DNA from: Takakia lepidozioides
Lineage: Eukaryota; Plantae; Bryophyta
NCBI GenBank assembly: GCA_030704615.1
Contig: CM060732.1
Span: forward strand, 62,062,001-62,126,000
Direction: 5' to 3'
Length of the DNA: 64,000 bases
Made by a program: the position numbers and the translations under genes. Every line of letters starts with the position of its first letter. The stretch's first letter is position 1. Shown one piece after another: positions 1 through 10,792 of this stretch. Under the pieces are notes generated by a model. The model was not told the origin of the DNA and made no database searches. It saw only the letters and a program-made list of their open reading frames with translations.

Positions 1-702
1 TCCAGGAGTTGCGGAGGAACTACCAAGGTGTACGGACAGAGAAGCTGCGAAGTTTGTAAGACTTCCAGCGCAAAACCCAGTGAGAGCTTGCGAGAGGCCT
101 ACACTCATATGAGGCGCTTGATAAGTGTGACCCAGGGGTTACTGAAGCTCAGGCAATCCAGTTCTGGTATGGAATTTTGGACAAGGAGCTCAGGAGAAGG
201 GTGCGGGATGCAACCTGTTACAAGCAGCCCAACCCACATTAGCAGATGTGTTTCTGCTGGCTGAGCGGATTGAGCTCAACATGGTGGAGGAGCGAGTTGT
301 TACCATTGGGTTTGGCAAGACATGCCTGCACGAGGCGCAGCTGCCAGCCCACAGGCACAAGGGACTGCCCAACAGCGTGGTCAGGGGGGCCAGGTTTCCC
401 AACCCAAGTTCCATGGAGCTTACAGGGGACCTCAGGTGCAGAGGCCCGTGGCATCTTTTGCAGGCCAACAGCAACCAGGGGTGATATGTTGGACATGTGG
501 AGGACCCCATGTCAAGAGAGATTGCCCAGAGAGTGGCAAAAGGCCGGCACAAACACAGCCTGCACAGTTGCAGTGTGGGCATTGTGGCAAGTATGGGCAT
601 GGAGCTGCCCAGTGTTATGACTTGCATCCTGAGTTGCGCCCATGCCAGTTCCAAGGGAACAATGGTGGACGGGGGCGAGGTGGACCAGCCCAGAGAGGCG
701 CC
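1..702 (+). pseudogene. Retrotransposon gag (capsid-like region plus two zinc knuckles), frameshifted
   Basis: FQRKPSESLREAY..MRRL and QFWYGILDKELRRRVRD capsid-like text across frames. Knuckles CWTCGGPHVKRDC (~487-525) and CGHCGKYGHGAAQC (~574-615). RG-rich tail. Confidence 0.85.
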
Positions 703-703
703 A

Positions 704-1430
704 GATTTGGAGTAGGTTGGCTCCATTGATCTGGTAGTGGCAGGTTGGCCTTGCCAAGGGCATTCATCAGCCGGGCATGGCAATGGATTGCGAGACTCGA
801 AGACAAGTCTGTTTTGGGAGATGGTGCGGATTTTGCGCCACTTGCAGCTTCATCAAGCTGTATCACCAGCATACATCTTGGAGAATGTGCCACTGATGGG
901 CGATTCGTCGCCAGGGTGATGGCCAGTGTGCATCAAGTCCGGTCGTGGCTTGGGTCAGCAGTGCTGCTAGATGCAGCTGCAGTGGGATCACGGGCTCATC
1001 GTCCACGGCTATGGTGGATTAATTTGATGCCACCCGCACTGCTCAAGCGTGCATTTGATGGGGTGCAGCGGCCAATACACCTCATAGTGGACAGCATTTT
1101 GGACACAGGGAGGCAGTCTCAACGTGTGAGACACGATGACCGTTCGCCTTTGGCAGTGGTCAACAGGGTGGGTCAACCACGAGCAGCATTACCTACACTG
1201 CTCAGCTTCCCAGGATCCCATGCTTTCGGGATGGTGGACCTGGCCTTTTGTGGGATGCTCAGATGCAACAGTTAGTGGAGCCTAATGCCGACGAGCGAGA
1301 GCGGGCTATGGGGTTTTCCACTGGGACCGCGGCGGTGCCTTCTTTTTCTGAGGCATCACGTCGTCAGGTGTTGGGGCAAGCAATGGATCTCAATTGCTTG
1401 ACCTGGATTATCAGCTTGGCTATGGCTGAG
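704..1430 (+). pseudogene. DNMT3-like cytosine-5 DNA methyltransferase catalytic domain (motifs IV-X) inside the retrotransposon polyprotein; motif I not seen
   Basis: Motif IV IDLVVAGWPCQGHS (PCQ at 749-757). GLRDSKTSLFWEMVRIL. Motif VI YILENV (ENV at 881-889). Motif VIII LDAAAVGSRAHRPRLWWINL (~961-1026). Motifs IX/X ERERAMGF...SRRQVLGQAMDLNCL (~1290-1400). Two frameshifts at ~910 and ~1235. Confidence 0.9.
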
Positions 1431-1859
1431 CAACGTAGAGTGCGGAGTGCATTTCCCTTGACGGTCTCTCTGCCTACCGAGACGGTACAGGCAGCGAGTG
1501 TGGGCGAGCATATGAGGACCACGGGGTGTAGACATCCATGGCACACGTGGGAGGTACTCGAGGTTCAGAGGGAGTTGGCAGCCAAGGCAGCTGTGATGGA
1601 TGAGGTTGGGGATTCTTCTCGGGATGAGGAGGTTCTCAATGATGAGATGATGGGGTTAGGATGAGGCCTTGTCATTGACTGAGCAGGAAGGAGTACTGCT
1701 CAAGAGGTTGCAGCATAGCAACCACGAGACGCGTCCTCTACCTCTAAGCCCACTGGACTTAAGGTTGCAGTTACGGAGGACAATTGGGAGCCTGACATTG
1801 GACCCATTGTCACCGGAGGAGAGAGACAACGTATATGGCGGTTCCTGAGGGCTTATAGG

Positions 1860-3210
1860 AATTGCTTTGCCTTCAGTTTGAAAGACTTGGGAGCACTAAA
1901 GGGTCAAGAGATTCGCATTGAATTGGCCACTGACACGCCAATCTTTCGGAGACCCTATAGATATAGTGACATGGAGAGGTCCTTGATTCAGATGAGAACT
2001 CAAGATTTTTGGGAGGCAGGTTTGGTGGAGCTCTCTGGTGGAGAGTATGCTTCAGCCACAGTGATGCCAGCCAAGAAGGATGTCTATGGCAATTGGACGG
2101 AGAGACGTATGTGCGGTGATTACCGGCCTGTAAATCGTCAGACCAAGTCCGATAGGTATGCCGACACCAGAGGAGATCTTTGATGCCATTGGGCATTCCA
2201 AGGTTTTAGCACGTTGGATTTACGATCCGGATATCACCAGTTGCCGATCAAGGAGGCGGATAAGCAAAAGACGGCATTCTGGGGGATCAATGAGCACGGG
2301 AAGGATTGCCTATACCAGTGGCGGTTCTTACCATTTGGGCTTAAAACGCTCCCGCTGAGTTTCAAAGAGTCATGGACAGGATTCTAGCAGGGGTGGAGTT
2401 GCTCGGTGCTACATAGATGACATCATCATCTTTAGTGCTACGGTGGAGGAGCATGAGAGACACCTTCAGGGGGTATTTGAGCGCTTGAGGACGCACGGAT
2501 TGAAGTTACATCTGGGCAAGTGCAAGTTTTTCCACAACTAGATTGAGTATCTGGGTCACATGATATATCCTGGAGGATTGGGGGTACAACAGACTAAGGT
2601 AGAGTCCATTGCACAGGTTCCACGCCCCACGGATGTGAGCCGAGTTCGAGCTTTCATGGGGTTAGCAAACTATTACAGACGGTTTTGTTAAGGGATTTAG
2701 TGCCATTGCAAAGGCTCTAACCAAGCTGACCAAGGTGGACCAGGAATGGCAGTGGGAAGATGAGCAAGAACAAGCTTTTTCAAGAGCTCAAGGCGAGGTT
2801 GACCTCGGTGCCCATCTTGAGACGACCTATCAGGGGGCGTCCTTTTCAGCTGCATACAGATTGGAGCATGCTGGGGCTTGGAGCAGTGCTCACACAGGTG
2901 GATGATGAGGGAAGAGAGTTCGTAGTGGCTTATGCTAACCGCTCGAACAATGCTGCAGAGTCTAAGTATAGCTCATATGAGGGAGAATGCTTAGGTGAAG
3001 TGTGGGCCGTGGCACACTTCAGGTGCTATCTATACGGCAATCTCGTCACCCTTGTCACGGATCACCAACCACTGAAGTGGTTGATGGAGTCAGACAAGCT
3101 TACGGGGAAGCTTGCACGGTGGGCACTCATCCTTCAAGAGTATGACTTTCAGGTGGTGCATCGACCGGGTTTGGTCAATCGCAATGCAGATGGGTTGAGT
3201 CGCAATCCAT
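1860..3210 (+). pseudogene. Reverse transcriptase and RNase H of the Gypsy element (frameshifted)
   Basis: PIFRRPYRYS, RRMCGDYRPVN, LDLRSGYHQL, LPFGLK, CYIDDIIIFS, LHTDWSMLGLGAVL, SSYEGECL, TDHQPLKWL, LARWALILQEYDF, NADGLSR. Confidence 0.93.
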
Positions 3211-3554
3211 GCACGAGCCAACAGGATGACACTGGAGCTCGGTGGCATGGTGAGACGGACGAGGAGATGGTGCCCGGATGGCATGCATCTGCATTTCTGT
3301 GTATCTTGGCAGCGGAAGGCCAGGTTGGACCTGCAACAGGGATGACTGTAGATCAAGTGTCTGAGGACCCTGAGGCCAGCAATGAGCAAGGTGGCGCCAA
3401 AGATATACATGAGGATTCAGTTGTGTTGGACTACCTCCGCACTGGAGACACTGCGGCCACTGTGACTGCCAAGGAGAGGGATCGGATCCTACAACGAGCC
3501 AAGAGGTTCAAGTGGGAGGGGACACACCTGCTCCGAGTGTGGGAGGATGGTTGA

Positions 3555-4829
3555 GTGAGGATTGTGCCTCACCCAACTCAGCGGGCACGGTTAGTGCGGC
3601 ATGCCCATGAGGAGTTGGGTCATTTTGGGGTGCGACGCACTCATAGTCTATTGCAGGGCAGTATTGGTGGCGTGGTATGCACACAGAGGTGCAACAATTT
3701 GTGGCTAGGTGCATGATGTGTGACAGGGTGCGTGCTTCATTCAACGCCCTACTCCACAATTGCACCCTCTTCTGATCATGGGATTGGGCTACAGGTGGAG
3801 TCTTGACTTCGCAGGGCTTGCCACTGACCATGCGCCACAACAAGTACGTGTTGGTGATGGTGGAGCACTTCTCCAAGTGGATTGAATTGGTTCCATTGCC
3901 TGATAAGGCTAGTGAGGGAGCTGCGTATGCATTCTTGGATTGTGTGCTTAGCCGATTCGGTGCTCACGGACCAAGGGAGAGAGTTCTTGGGGGAGTTTCA
4001 GGCTTTGTGTGACAAGGCCTTGATAGACCACCGCACCACTTCTCGGGATCATCCTGAGGCCGATGGCTTGGCAGAGAGAGTTGTTCAGACAGTAATGAGG
4101 GGTTTGCGCAAGTATGGCTTGCAGAAGGGACACCTAGGAGATTGGGACCTTCAGTTACCCTAGTTAGTCATGGGCTACAGGTTCAGCAAGCAAGCATCAC
4201 TTGCCTCCTTCTCACCATACTTTCTTCTCTTTGGCCGAGAGCCGGATTTGCCTACATCCATTCGCAGAGAAGCTGCTACAGTTCTTAACCTTGACGATCC
4301 GGACGTGTGGGCACGTGCATGTGAGCAGCGTGCAGAGTTGTTCAAGAGAGTCATGCCCATGGCTTTCGAGAACCTTGCCATTGCACAACACCGTGATACG
4401 TTGAGGTATGCTACCATACATGGTGGGGGCTATCGTCCTGGGGTTCGGAGATTCAACCCTGGTGACTATGTCTATTTGCAGCAGACTGCTCCTACGACCC
4501 TGGATGTGACTGCAGGACGTGTTATTTTGAGGGTTCGAGAGGTCTTGCCTTCAGGCGTCTTGGTCTTGGAGGGTCGGGATGGCATAACTTGGAAGGACCA
4601 TGTGCGTAATTGTGCGCCATGTCACCTTCCGAATGTCGATGGCAGGATTGACCCAAACCTGGCAGTGGTATCTGCAGGTTTGAGGTGCATGTTGTGTGGG
4701 TCTGCTAAAGGGGCAGCCACCATGTTGGTGTGTGATCGATGCTCTAGAGGTTGGCATATGGGATGCTTGACTCCACCTCTTGAGATGGTTCCGGATGGGG
4801 ATTGGTTATGTCCACATTGCATTGGATAG
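3555..4829 (+). pseudogene. Integrase (HHCC, rve core, GPY/F-like region) ending in a PHD finger
   Basis: HEELGHFG...CMMC; YVLVMVEHFSKWIELVPL; LTDQGREF; DHPEADGLAERVVQT; FSPYFLLFGREP. C-terminal CMLC...VCDRCSRGWHMGCLTPPLEMVPDGDWLCPHC is a C4HC3 PHD at 4686-4820. Confidence 0.93.
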
Positions 4830-5089
4830 TGGGAGTGGATACAACCATGGAAGGCTAACAAGAAACGCAAGGCCCAGCTACTAGGAGACCTTGAACACAC
4901 GAGGTCCTGGCTCAAGTTCACAGATTGCAAGATGGCGACTAACGATGGGGCTACTCTTGTACCCGGCCTCTTGGTCTATAGAGTTTGAGTGCAATAGGGG
5001 CAGTGATAGAGGACTTAGTACGGCTGTGGCTATTACATCTTGTAGCTATCTGGAGGTAGAGGGACCTACCCACCAGCTAGGGGGGCGAT

Positions 5090-5345
5090 TGTGGCAGACT
5101 ACTTTATTGTGCATATATATGTGGTGTGGTTTGGACAGCGATGTAGTTGTGTAGCGATATGTATGCGCACGACACTCTGCTTGCTCAGCTGCACCGTGGT
5201 GGTTAGTTGCACCATGGTGGTTCTCATGGACCAATGCGATGTTTTTTTCCCCCTCAAGCACTAAGCTCCACTAAGCCCTATCGCTGCTGCGCACTTAAGT
5301 CCTCGCTGATGTTTACAAGGTTCTTGGGAGAGTAAGCTTGGTCCA
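5090..5345 (+). repeat. Putative 3' LTR (~256 bp, TG...CA) preceded by a polypurine tract
   Basis: A G-rich purine tract (~5079-5088) is followed by TGTGGCAG at 5090. The segment ends GGTCCA at 5345, where PPR-coding sequence (GGGTATGCATGGC) starts abruptly. The 5' LTR is not in the window, so no comparison is possible. Confidence 0.65.
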
Positions 5346-7720
5346 GGGTATGCATGGCAGGGATGTGGGATGGAGGCTTTGGAGACCTATGAGCAAATGA
5401 TGGGGGAAGCACATCGTGTTTGTGTGCATTTGCAATGCTTGTGGAAGCCTGGCAGCCCTGGAGAAGGGCAAGAGGTGCATGGGGATATCATCAAAGCTGG
5501 AATTGTGCCAAATGTCAATCTAAACACTGCCCTGGCAGCTTTAGAAAAAGGGAAAGAGGTCCATGGCATCATCTTCAAAGCTGGAATTGTATCAGATGTC
5601 ATTCTGAACAATACCCTAGTGAACATGTTTGCAAAATGTGGGTGCATCTAGGTTGCAAAGGGAGTGTTTGACACTATGGCTGAACGAGATGTGGTGTCGT
5701 GGAGTGCGATGCTTGCAGGGTATGCATGGCAAGGACGTGGGATGGAGGCTTTGGAGAGCTATGAGTAGATGATGGGGGAAGCACATCATGTTTGTGTGCA
5801 TTTGCAATGTGCGTGCAAGCCTGGCAGCCCTGAAGAAGGGCAAGAGGTGCATAGGAATATCATCAAAGCTGGAATTGTGCCAAATGTCAATCTGAACACT
5901 GCCCTGGCAGCTTAGAGGAAAGAGGTCCATGGCGACATCTTCAGAGTTGGAATTGTACCAGATGTCATTCTGAACAAAACCCTGGTGAACATGTTTGCAA
6001 AATGTGGGTGCATTTAGGATGCAAAGGGAGTGTTCGACACTATGGCTGAACGAGATGTGGTGTCGTGGAGTGCGATGCTTGTATGGTATGCACGGTAGGG
6101 ACGTGGGATGGAGGCTTTGGAGAGCTATGAGCAAATGATGGGGGAAGGGGGGCACCTTCTTCAATAACACAACGGCTACGAGTGGGTAGATGGTCAACTA
6201 GAAATAGCAATGGCAACAACGCAATTGATAGAACAAGGCCCACTGCTAATGAAGGTACCTTCTTCAACATATTTCACCCTGAATTCCCCTGCTATCAGAG
6301 TCGTCCCTAAGTATCCAAAAACAGGTAACAGATATGAGAAGAAACTGTGGGATGAATACTGTTCTGACTCCAGTAACTGGTGGGACAACCGAGGCAAAAA
6401 GGTGAATGCCTGTCAGATTTCAGACTGTAGCAGATGTAATTGACCATAGGAACTAGTGTGATAAGTTGAGTTGGGTGCAATTGCACTCTCCCTTTCCTCT
6501 CTGCTTCTGTTTGCTATTCAAAGGTAGGATTCCCTGCCCTTAGTTTAAATTTCAGTCTGGTGCCGAGAGTGGGTAGACCTTGAGGTCATCCATGATGTCC
6601 CCCCCCATGTCACAGACTGGAAAACAAGTCCAGGGAAGTTTTCTGCCTAACTTCTTTTTCATCAGACAATTTTCTGGAAACGGACATGGTTTTGGACACT
6701 ACAGCCTCTCTAAGTCAGTAGGGTTGTGGCATTTGCTGGAACAATTCTAAAAGGAGAATGTTTGTCAGATTACCAGATGTCATTCTGAACACTGTCCTTG
6801 CCCTAGTGGACATGTATGCCAAATGTGGGTGCATCGAGGATGCCAAGGGAGTGTTCAACACTATGGCTGAACGAGATGTGGTGTCGTGGAGTGCGATGCT
6901 TGCGGGGTATGCACAGCAGGGGTGCAGGATGGAGGCTCCAACCTATGAGCAAATGATGGGGGAAGGGGTGAAGCCCGCTGACATAAGGTTTTGTGGTGTT
7001 TGCAGTGTGTCTGGCAGCCCTGGAAAAGGGCAAAGCGATCCCTGTTGACATGATCAAATCTGCAATTGTTCCAGATGTTATCCTGAACACTACTCTGGTG
7101 GCCATGTATGCCAAATATGGTAGCATTGAGGATGCCAAGGGAGTGTTCAACACTATGGCTGAATGAGATGTGGTGTTGTGGAATGTGATGCTTGCAGGGT
7201 GTGCAGAGCAGGGGCGCTGTATGGGGCTTTGGACCTGAAAGCAAATGATGGGGGAAGGGGTGAAGTTCGACCACATCATGTTTGTGTGCGTTTGCAGTGC
7301 GTGTGCAAGCCTGGCAGCCCTAGAAAAGGGCATCGGAGGTCCATGGTTGCATCACCAAAGCTGGAAATGTACCAAATGGATCAATAGCTACAAGAAACCT
7401 GCATGGGTAGATGGTCAACTAGAAGCCGTAGCAGCAGCAGCACAATGATAAACTCAGGCACTGGTAATGAAGGCACCTTCTTCAACACATTTCACCCTGT
7501 TTTTCCCTCTTGTCAGAATTGGCCCTAAATTTTCATGTTGAATTCTACAAGTTAGCTGGTTGAGTGAGCCTTTGATAGTTTGGAGCAACTTTGACATGGT
7601 ACTCCTGCAATGTGACAACAGGGAAGTATCCAGAAACAGGTAACAGCTAAGACGAGGAGAAGCTGTGGAATGAATACTTTTCTGACCCCAGTCAATGGTG
7701 GGATAGCCGAGGCAAAAACT
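5346..7720 (+). pseudogene. Degenerate PLS-type PPR pseudogene with internal ~350-bp tandem duplications and two PDF-motif exon remnants
   Basis: Repeated LVNMFAKCGCI.DAKGVF.TMAERDVVSWSAMLAGYA..G...EAL units with stops and frameshifts (5346-6150, 6770-7370). LWDEYCSDSSNWWDNRGKK followed by GT at ~6345-6401, and LWNEYFSDPSQWWDSRGK at ~7663-7717. Confidence 0.85.
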
Positions 7721-8799
7721 TCATGAACTTAATGCATGAGTGGCTTGATTGTTTCATTTCAAACCTGATATGATTTGAGCCTGGTTCCGGAGATTTATCT
7801 CCAGACCTACAATCTGCTTTTGTGATGAGTTTACAATTTGCATATATGGTGGTAAATGTTATATATCAAACCAAGGTTCTTTCCTAAATGTGAATGACCT
7901 GGAAACCTTGTTAGAAAGATGAATGGCTTACGAATTGGACTATGTATGGCTTGACCCATGGATTAATTTCAAAGGGTTAGAACATGTGCTAGGGTTTTAA
8001 TACTGAATGGATGTGGGACATTGCTAGGGCGCCAGAGCATGACATTCCATGCATTCACGCCATTGGATGCCAAACTTTTTTTGGCACGTTGGACCAAGGT
8101 TTGTATGCGTTCTCGAACTGCTGACCTTGCTCGTTGCCCGGTTGACCTCATTTTCCATAATTGCATTGGACCAAGTTGCGTACTTTGTGGGGTGGAAGAG
8201 CTTGAGTTAGGCTGCAACTGGATGCATTGATGGCAATGATGTTGGGAATGTCAGCAACCGCCCCTCCAACTACTATCCCAATATGTACTTTTTATTGAAC
8301 CTTGCGATTCCGACGTAGGCTTGGGAGGCAAGACTGCTACGAGAGGTGGTTTGTGCACGTTCACCCCAACTTATTTTTGTGGTTGTCATCCATTCAGTGT
8401 TAGTTGACTTTGAAGTTTACTGCTCTGGTATGTTTTCCTTGGGTGCAGGAAGAACCTCTTGAGGTTGGGGAAAGCCAAAGTCGTCTGCCATTGAGGACCT
8501 TGTGGTGACCCAAGTAAATTGGGGCGCAAGGGAATTCCTGATAAATACCACGTAAGAAGGGAGGTGGAGCTGGCGGGACAACAATATTGGCTGCTAGTGA
8601 GGACGTCTACTCCACCGAGAGTGCTGGTAAGGGTGACAGTAGGGGGTTGGCAGATCAGCATGTGAAGCCAACTTCCCCACAGAAAGAGGTACGCCCTCAA
8701 AGACTTTATCTTGGTTCCTGTCCTTGGGCTTTCTTTTTTTTACTCTGAAAACATTTCATGAATGATCTATTTATTTGGTGTGTGCCATGAATTCTATGC

Positions 8800-10792
8800 A
8801 TCAGGTATGGTAAGACGTACTCATGTACTATACCTTGTTGTTTTGTTGCATGTAGAAGGGGACTAAAGCAGAGGACCCTGCCCCAGCCATCGTGAAGGGA
8901 GCTGAGAAGAAGTACATGCGAAAGGAGAGCGTGTAACCAGAGCCACTGCTGCCAAAGGCACAAAGTCCTTGACTGATGCAAATGGTGACATAAACCAAGT
9001 TCTAGCGGGAGTAAGAGTCAGGTGGGCCTTCAGGAGGCACCTCTCCATGCAGCAGTTTCCGTACTAGAGGTGAGCATGCATGCACCTGTTGGCTATCAGT
9101 TCTGTATAATGTGGCCATTTACATGTTGGGTACTTCAAACTATTAGTAGATGCATTGCTAAATGAAACTGCTAAGGGGTGTTGGGCGTGATGTTTGCAGG
9201 CTGAGAAAGCCGCTCTTGATACTGCCACCGACAGTGCACCAACTGCGGCGCCTTCAAAGGCAACCCCCAAATATCAACCCCCTGCCACAGTGGCAGATAT
9301 TCTTATGCTACCAAAAGTACTCTACACTTTCAGTGATTGCTTATACTGGGCGGTCCTCATTATCTAGTTTTCAATGTACCTGTATGTCTTCATGGGTTGA
9401 TTAATGTGGGTTTTATGGTGGGTGCTATGTGCAGTTTAAGTTGAAGGTCAAAATCAGCCTGTATGATCCTCATTTACCACAACAGAGGGCTGCCAATGGA
9501 ATTGTCACTGGTGTGCCTGACAAAGATACATATCACTGCCGTGTTTATACTGAGGGATTGTGGCGGGTTGAGGTGAATGATATCTATATTGCCATTGTGT
9601 CTTGCCTCACCCTAACGAGGAAGAGGTCCCACCGCAGACAATGTTGGAGGATGTCGTTGGTCTGAATTGTCTTTGGCCAGAGAAGAACATAAAGAGGGCT
9701 TAGATTTCGTTCGCCCGGGCATAGACATTGCTGGCAGTGAGAAGAAGGCATGAAAGCAGTTCAGTGTTCCTAGTATGCACGCGGAGACGCCGTGTAGAAG
9801 TTAGGCTTAGTGCTTTTATCATGGCTGAATTTTGTTGACAGTGTTCCAGCACTTAACTCTCTAGGATTCTATTCTATTTTGTGGAGCTTGAATCCCCAAT
9901 GGTACTTCTTTAAACACTACACTAGTGGTATGTGTTCCTCTAGTCATGTTCATAATCACTTGCACATCACTGTAATAGTGGTATAATCTAAAACTGTGGG
10001 AGTAGCCAAATGCACACAATTGCCTACATTGCCACTTGTATAGTGGTATAAGTAGTCACATATATATTACTGTACTAGTGGTATGAATTCCTCCAGTGGT
10101 ATTCCTAATCACTTACACCCCACTGTGTTAGTAATGACTCCAATCCATAGTTCCCACTCAGAGAGACACCATGAATGACTCAAATAGCTTACACCACTCT
10201 GTGGGTAATCATTCCAATGACCTGCTGAGGGACGTCATCCACTCACATAACCACTTTGTGAGTGATATTGTATATTATCAGTTTTCATAGAATGACTCTA
10301 TGAGTCATTTTGTGGTCACTCAACAAGTGGTTTCGGAAGTCATTGAATTTTACACTCCATCCATTTCGTAGCACTAACACATGACACGTGTCCATGTTGA
10401 GAGTGTCGCCACGTGTCGACATAATCTCCAATATCATCCACGGACCACCGGCTTACACGTCTCCACTACAAAACGGAAGTGGTTACTTTACCACTATGAC
10501 ATGTCAGTTTACCACTTTGACACGTCATAAGTGGTTGGTTTACCTCAGTGACACGTCATTGACATGTCATAGTGGTTAATTTACCACTGTGACACGTCAG
10601 CTAACAGGTGGACCTGGGACGTGAGTGGTTCGAACCACTGTCCTTAACCACCGGTGCCACGTAATGTCTTTTACCACTCACTTGTCTTAATGCACTGGTT
10701 CTTCATCACTCTGAGGCCAGAGTGGTTTAGTGTCTTTTACCACTCAAAATGAGTGGTTAACAGAGTGGTTATTCCGCGTTTTTCTTCTAATG
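8800..10792 (+). mobile_element. CACTA (En/Spm) element remnant: 3' end with Tnp1/En/Spm-like domain, subterminal repeats and a mutated terminus; left boundary uncertain
   Basis: 9430-9700 VKISLYDP...ANGIVTG...WRVEVNDI...LEDVVGLNCLW resembles the domain at 41929-42210. Dense ACCACT/AGTGGT motifs at 9920-10770. Ends TTTTCTTCTAATG at 10792 (canonical end is TAGTG), abutting Gypsy RNase H sequence. Confidence 0.65.

Larger units (their letters stand above)
1..5345 (+). mobile_element. Ty3/Gypsy LTR retrotransposon (degenerate; 5' end outside window), domain order gag - C5 DNA methyltransferase - RT - RNase H - integrase - PHD - PPT - 3' LTR
   Basis: RT-RH-INT order is Gypsy-type. Gag zinc knuckles, RT YIDD at 2410-2421, RNase H motifs TDWS/AYANR/TDHQPL, integrase HHCC and TDQGREF/HPEADGLAER. 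Many frameshifts and stops. Purine-rich tract at ~5079-5088 is followed by TG at 5090. Confidence 0.95.

Noticed and set aside
704-1430. Bacterial restriction-modification methylase or contamination
   Set aside because: The domain is collinear and contiguous with gag and RT of a Gypsy element in intron-rich plant DNA, its motif VIII is DNMT3-like, and there is no partner endonuclease.
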